From an uncultured Gemmatimonadaceae bacterium (GTDB taxonomy: Bacteria; Gemmatimonadota; Gemmatimonadetes; Gemmatimonadales; Gemmatimonadaceae), in the NCBI GenBank assembly GCA_963751275.1, contig CAVVTZ010000011.1:288001-352000 (forward strand): DNA of 64,000 nt. The letters are read 5' to 3'. A program made the position numbers and the translations under genes. The notes beneath the pieces are model-generated. The model saw only the letters and a list, made by a program, of their open reading frames with translations, did not search any database and was not told where the DNA came from. This document shows positions 62,478-64,000 of this stretch, piece by piece. Within the stretch, counting starts at the first letter, position 1, and each line of letters opens with the position of its first letter.

Positions 62478-63224
62478 GAATTGATCGGGCGCGTCCGACG
62501 CGACGAATCGGCAATCGCCCTTGCCCCCGGCCGGCGCCCGGAGCGACGCCTGCTCGAGCGCGGCGCGCGTCGCGGCGGCGGTCTCCTGCGCGCTGTCGAT
62601 GAGGCGCACGGACTCGCCGACGACGCGCGCGAGCAGCGGCTTGAGCAGCGGATAGTGCGTGCAGCCGAGGACGAGCGTGTCGATGCGCTCGGCGGCGAGC
62701 GGGTCGAGATACTCGTGCGCGATCAGCTGCGTGGCGGGCGCATCGAGCCAGCCTTCCTCCACGAGCGGCACGAAGAGCGGACAGGCGCGCGAGATGACAT
62801 GCGCGTCGGGGCGCAGCGCGCGGATCGCGCGCTCGTAGGCGCCCGACGCGACGGTGCCGGCGGTTCCGATCACGCCGATGCGGCCGGAGCGCGACGCGCG
62901 CGCGGCGCCCGCCGCGCCCGGTTCGATGACGCCGATGATGGGGATCGCGAACCGCTCACGCAGCGATGGGAGTGCGTGCGCCGTGGCGGTGTTGCATGCC
63001 ACGACCACGGCCTTCACCCCCTGCGCGATGAGCCATTCGGTGATCTCGGCGGCGTAGCGCCGCACCGTGTCCGGGCTCTTGGGCCCGTACGGCACGCGCG
63101 CGGTGTCACCGAAATAGATGAGGCGCTCCTCGGGCAGCTGGAGGCGCAACTCGTGCACGACCGTGAGGCCGCCGATCCCCGAGTCGAAGACGCCGATCGG
63201 CGAGCGCGCCCCGGGAGTAGTCAC
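62412..63224 (-). CDS. murI: Glutamate racemase
   Basis: FDSGIGGLTV, ACNTA and LGCTHYP. Confidence 0.96.
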   Translation of the reverse strand: MTTPGARSPIGVFDSGIGGLTVVHELRLQLPEERLIYFGDTARVPYGPKSPDTVRRYAAEITEWLIAQGVKAVVVACNTATAHALPSLRERFAIPIIGVIEPGAAGAARASRSGRIGVIGTAGTVASGAYERAIRALRPDAHVISRACPLFVPLVEEGWLDAPATQLIAHEYLDPLAAERIDTLVLGCTHYPLLKPLLARVVGESVRLIDSAQETAAATRAALEQASLRAPAGGKGDCRFVASDAPDQFLRVGQRFLGDAVGRVEKVTLG

Positions 63225-63781
63225 CACGCGATGTGCGATCCGATGGACGCCGACTTCTGCGTGGGCGAAGCGCCGAGTTCGATGGGGACGTTCCACAATT
63301 GGGCCGCGACGAAGGCGTCGGCAGCCGAGATCAGGTGATTGAAGATCAGCAGCACCGTCCAGTCCTGCACCGCGAGCTGGCGCTTCCCCACGACCTGGTC
63401 GAGCGGATTCGGGATGAAGCCGCTGCCGTTCCAGATGCTGTCGCCGGCGAATCGCTCCGCCGCCTTCAGTTCCGACTTGGATTGCGCGAGCATCCCGAGC
63501 GATATCGCTTCGACGCCGACGAAGATCACGCCGGCCGTGCTGCGGTGGAGCGACGCCTGTCCCCAGCCGGGGATGAGCAGCGATTGGAAGAGGGCACGCG
63601 TGGGCGAGACCGGCGGCTTCGGCGACGGGCGTGTGAGCGCCGAGGGGAAGGTGTCCGCCGCCGACGCCGCGGGGGGCGCGGCCGGCGGGCCGACGCGCGC
63701 GCTGTCCGCGATCTGAGCGGGCAGCGCGGCGGCGAGCGCGGCGCACGCGACGCCGAGCGTGAATGCACGTCGAACGCTCAT
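63221..63781 (-). CDS. DUF5683-like membrane protein
   Basis: Signal peptide, SP.RA...SLLIPGWGQ and DAFVAAQL. Confidence 0.7.
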   Translation of the reverse strand: MSVRRAFTLGVACAALAAALPAQIADSARVGPPAAPPAASAADTFPSALTRPSPKPPVSPTRALFQSLLIPGWGQASLHRSTAGVIFVGVEAISLGMLAQSKSELKAAERFAGDSIWNGSGFIPNPLDQVVGKRQLAVQDWTVLLIFNHLISAADAFVAAQLWNVPIELGASPTQKSASIGSHIAW

Positions 63782-63796
63782 CGCGCGGCTCGCGCG

Positions 63797-63893
63797 TGGC
63801 GGGAACGTGTGGGAATCGAACCCACCCAACCCGACGAAGTCAGGTCGCACCAGTTTTGAAGACTGGGAAAGCCACCAGGCCCCATCCGTCCCC
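63797..63893 (-). tRNA. selC: tRNA-Sec(TCA)
   Basis: 97 nt with a UCA anticodon (loop CTTCAAA), 6-bp D-stem, 4-nt D-loop, long variable arm, G73 and encoded CCA. Confidence 0.93.
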
Positions 63894-63898
63894 ACGGC

Positions 63899-64000
63899 TC
63901 ACGCGAGCGCGATGTCGACCGTCCCGCGCGGCAGCACCGCGCCGATCACGGCCGCACCGGGCACCCGTGCCAGGTACTCCGCGACGACCGCCGGCGGCAT
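63899..64000 (-). CDS. C-terminal fragment, probably selenide,water dikinase SelD
   Basis: MPPAVVAEYLARVPGAAVIGAVLPRGTVDIALA* resembles the end of an AIRS-C fold and sits 5 nt upstream of selC. Only 33 residues are visible. Confidence 0.5.
   Translation of the reverse strand: MPPAVVAEYLARVPGAAVIGAVLPRGTVDIALA

Overview
This is a GC-rich bacterial chromosomal window. The 16S sequence and gene content point to Gemmatimonadota, judged by eye with no database search. It is almost entirely core genome next to the likely replication terminus. A XerCD dif site (444-471) lies where a + strand dapF converges on a roughly 49 kb run of exclusively minus-strand genes. That run contains apt, pcm/surE, gpsA-plsY-der-DUF512, larC, thrC, uvrC, murJ, bshC, rlmH, a glutamate dehydrogenase, lpxK/B/A/C-fabZ/D, skp, bamA, clpC-mcsB-mcsA, lolD/lolC-E, lysS, prfB with its programmed frameshift, a GGDEF protein, a Ca2+/H+ antiporter, era and a full 16S-23S-5S operon. 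After it come a roughly 5.6 kb accessory block (TetR, DinB, SGNH hydrolase, beta-helix protein), a tRNA Lys/Arg/Pro cluster, rdgB-rph-rfaE2-lptE, lpxH, murI, tRNA-Sec and a probable selD 3' end. Many essential genes carry scattered single-base indels, most likely long-read assembly errors, so their boundaries are approximate and the apparent fusions in the ORF track are artefacts. I saw no CRISPR array, prophage, transposase or defence system, and nothing I can confidently call a new multi-gene system. The best leads are (1) the non-coding cassette around dif (DnaA-box-like palindromes plus a 44-bp inverted repeat), (2) mcsA-mcsB-clpC without ctsR inside the outer-membrane biogenesis gene run, (3) signs of a diamino-glucose lipid A, and (4) a pseudo-receiver GGDEF/zinc-ribbon gene pair.
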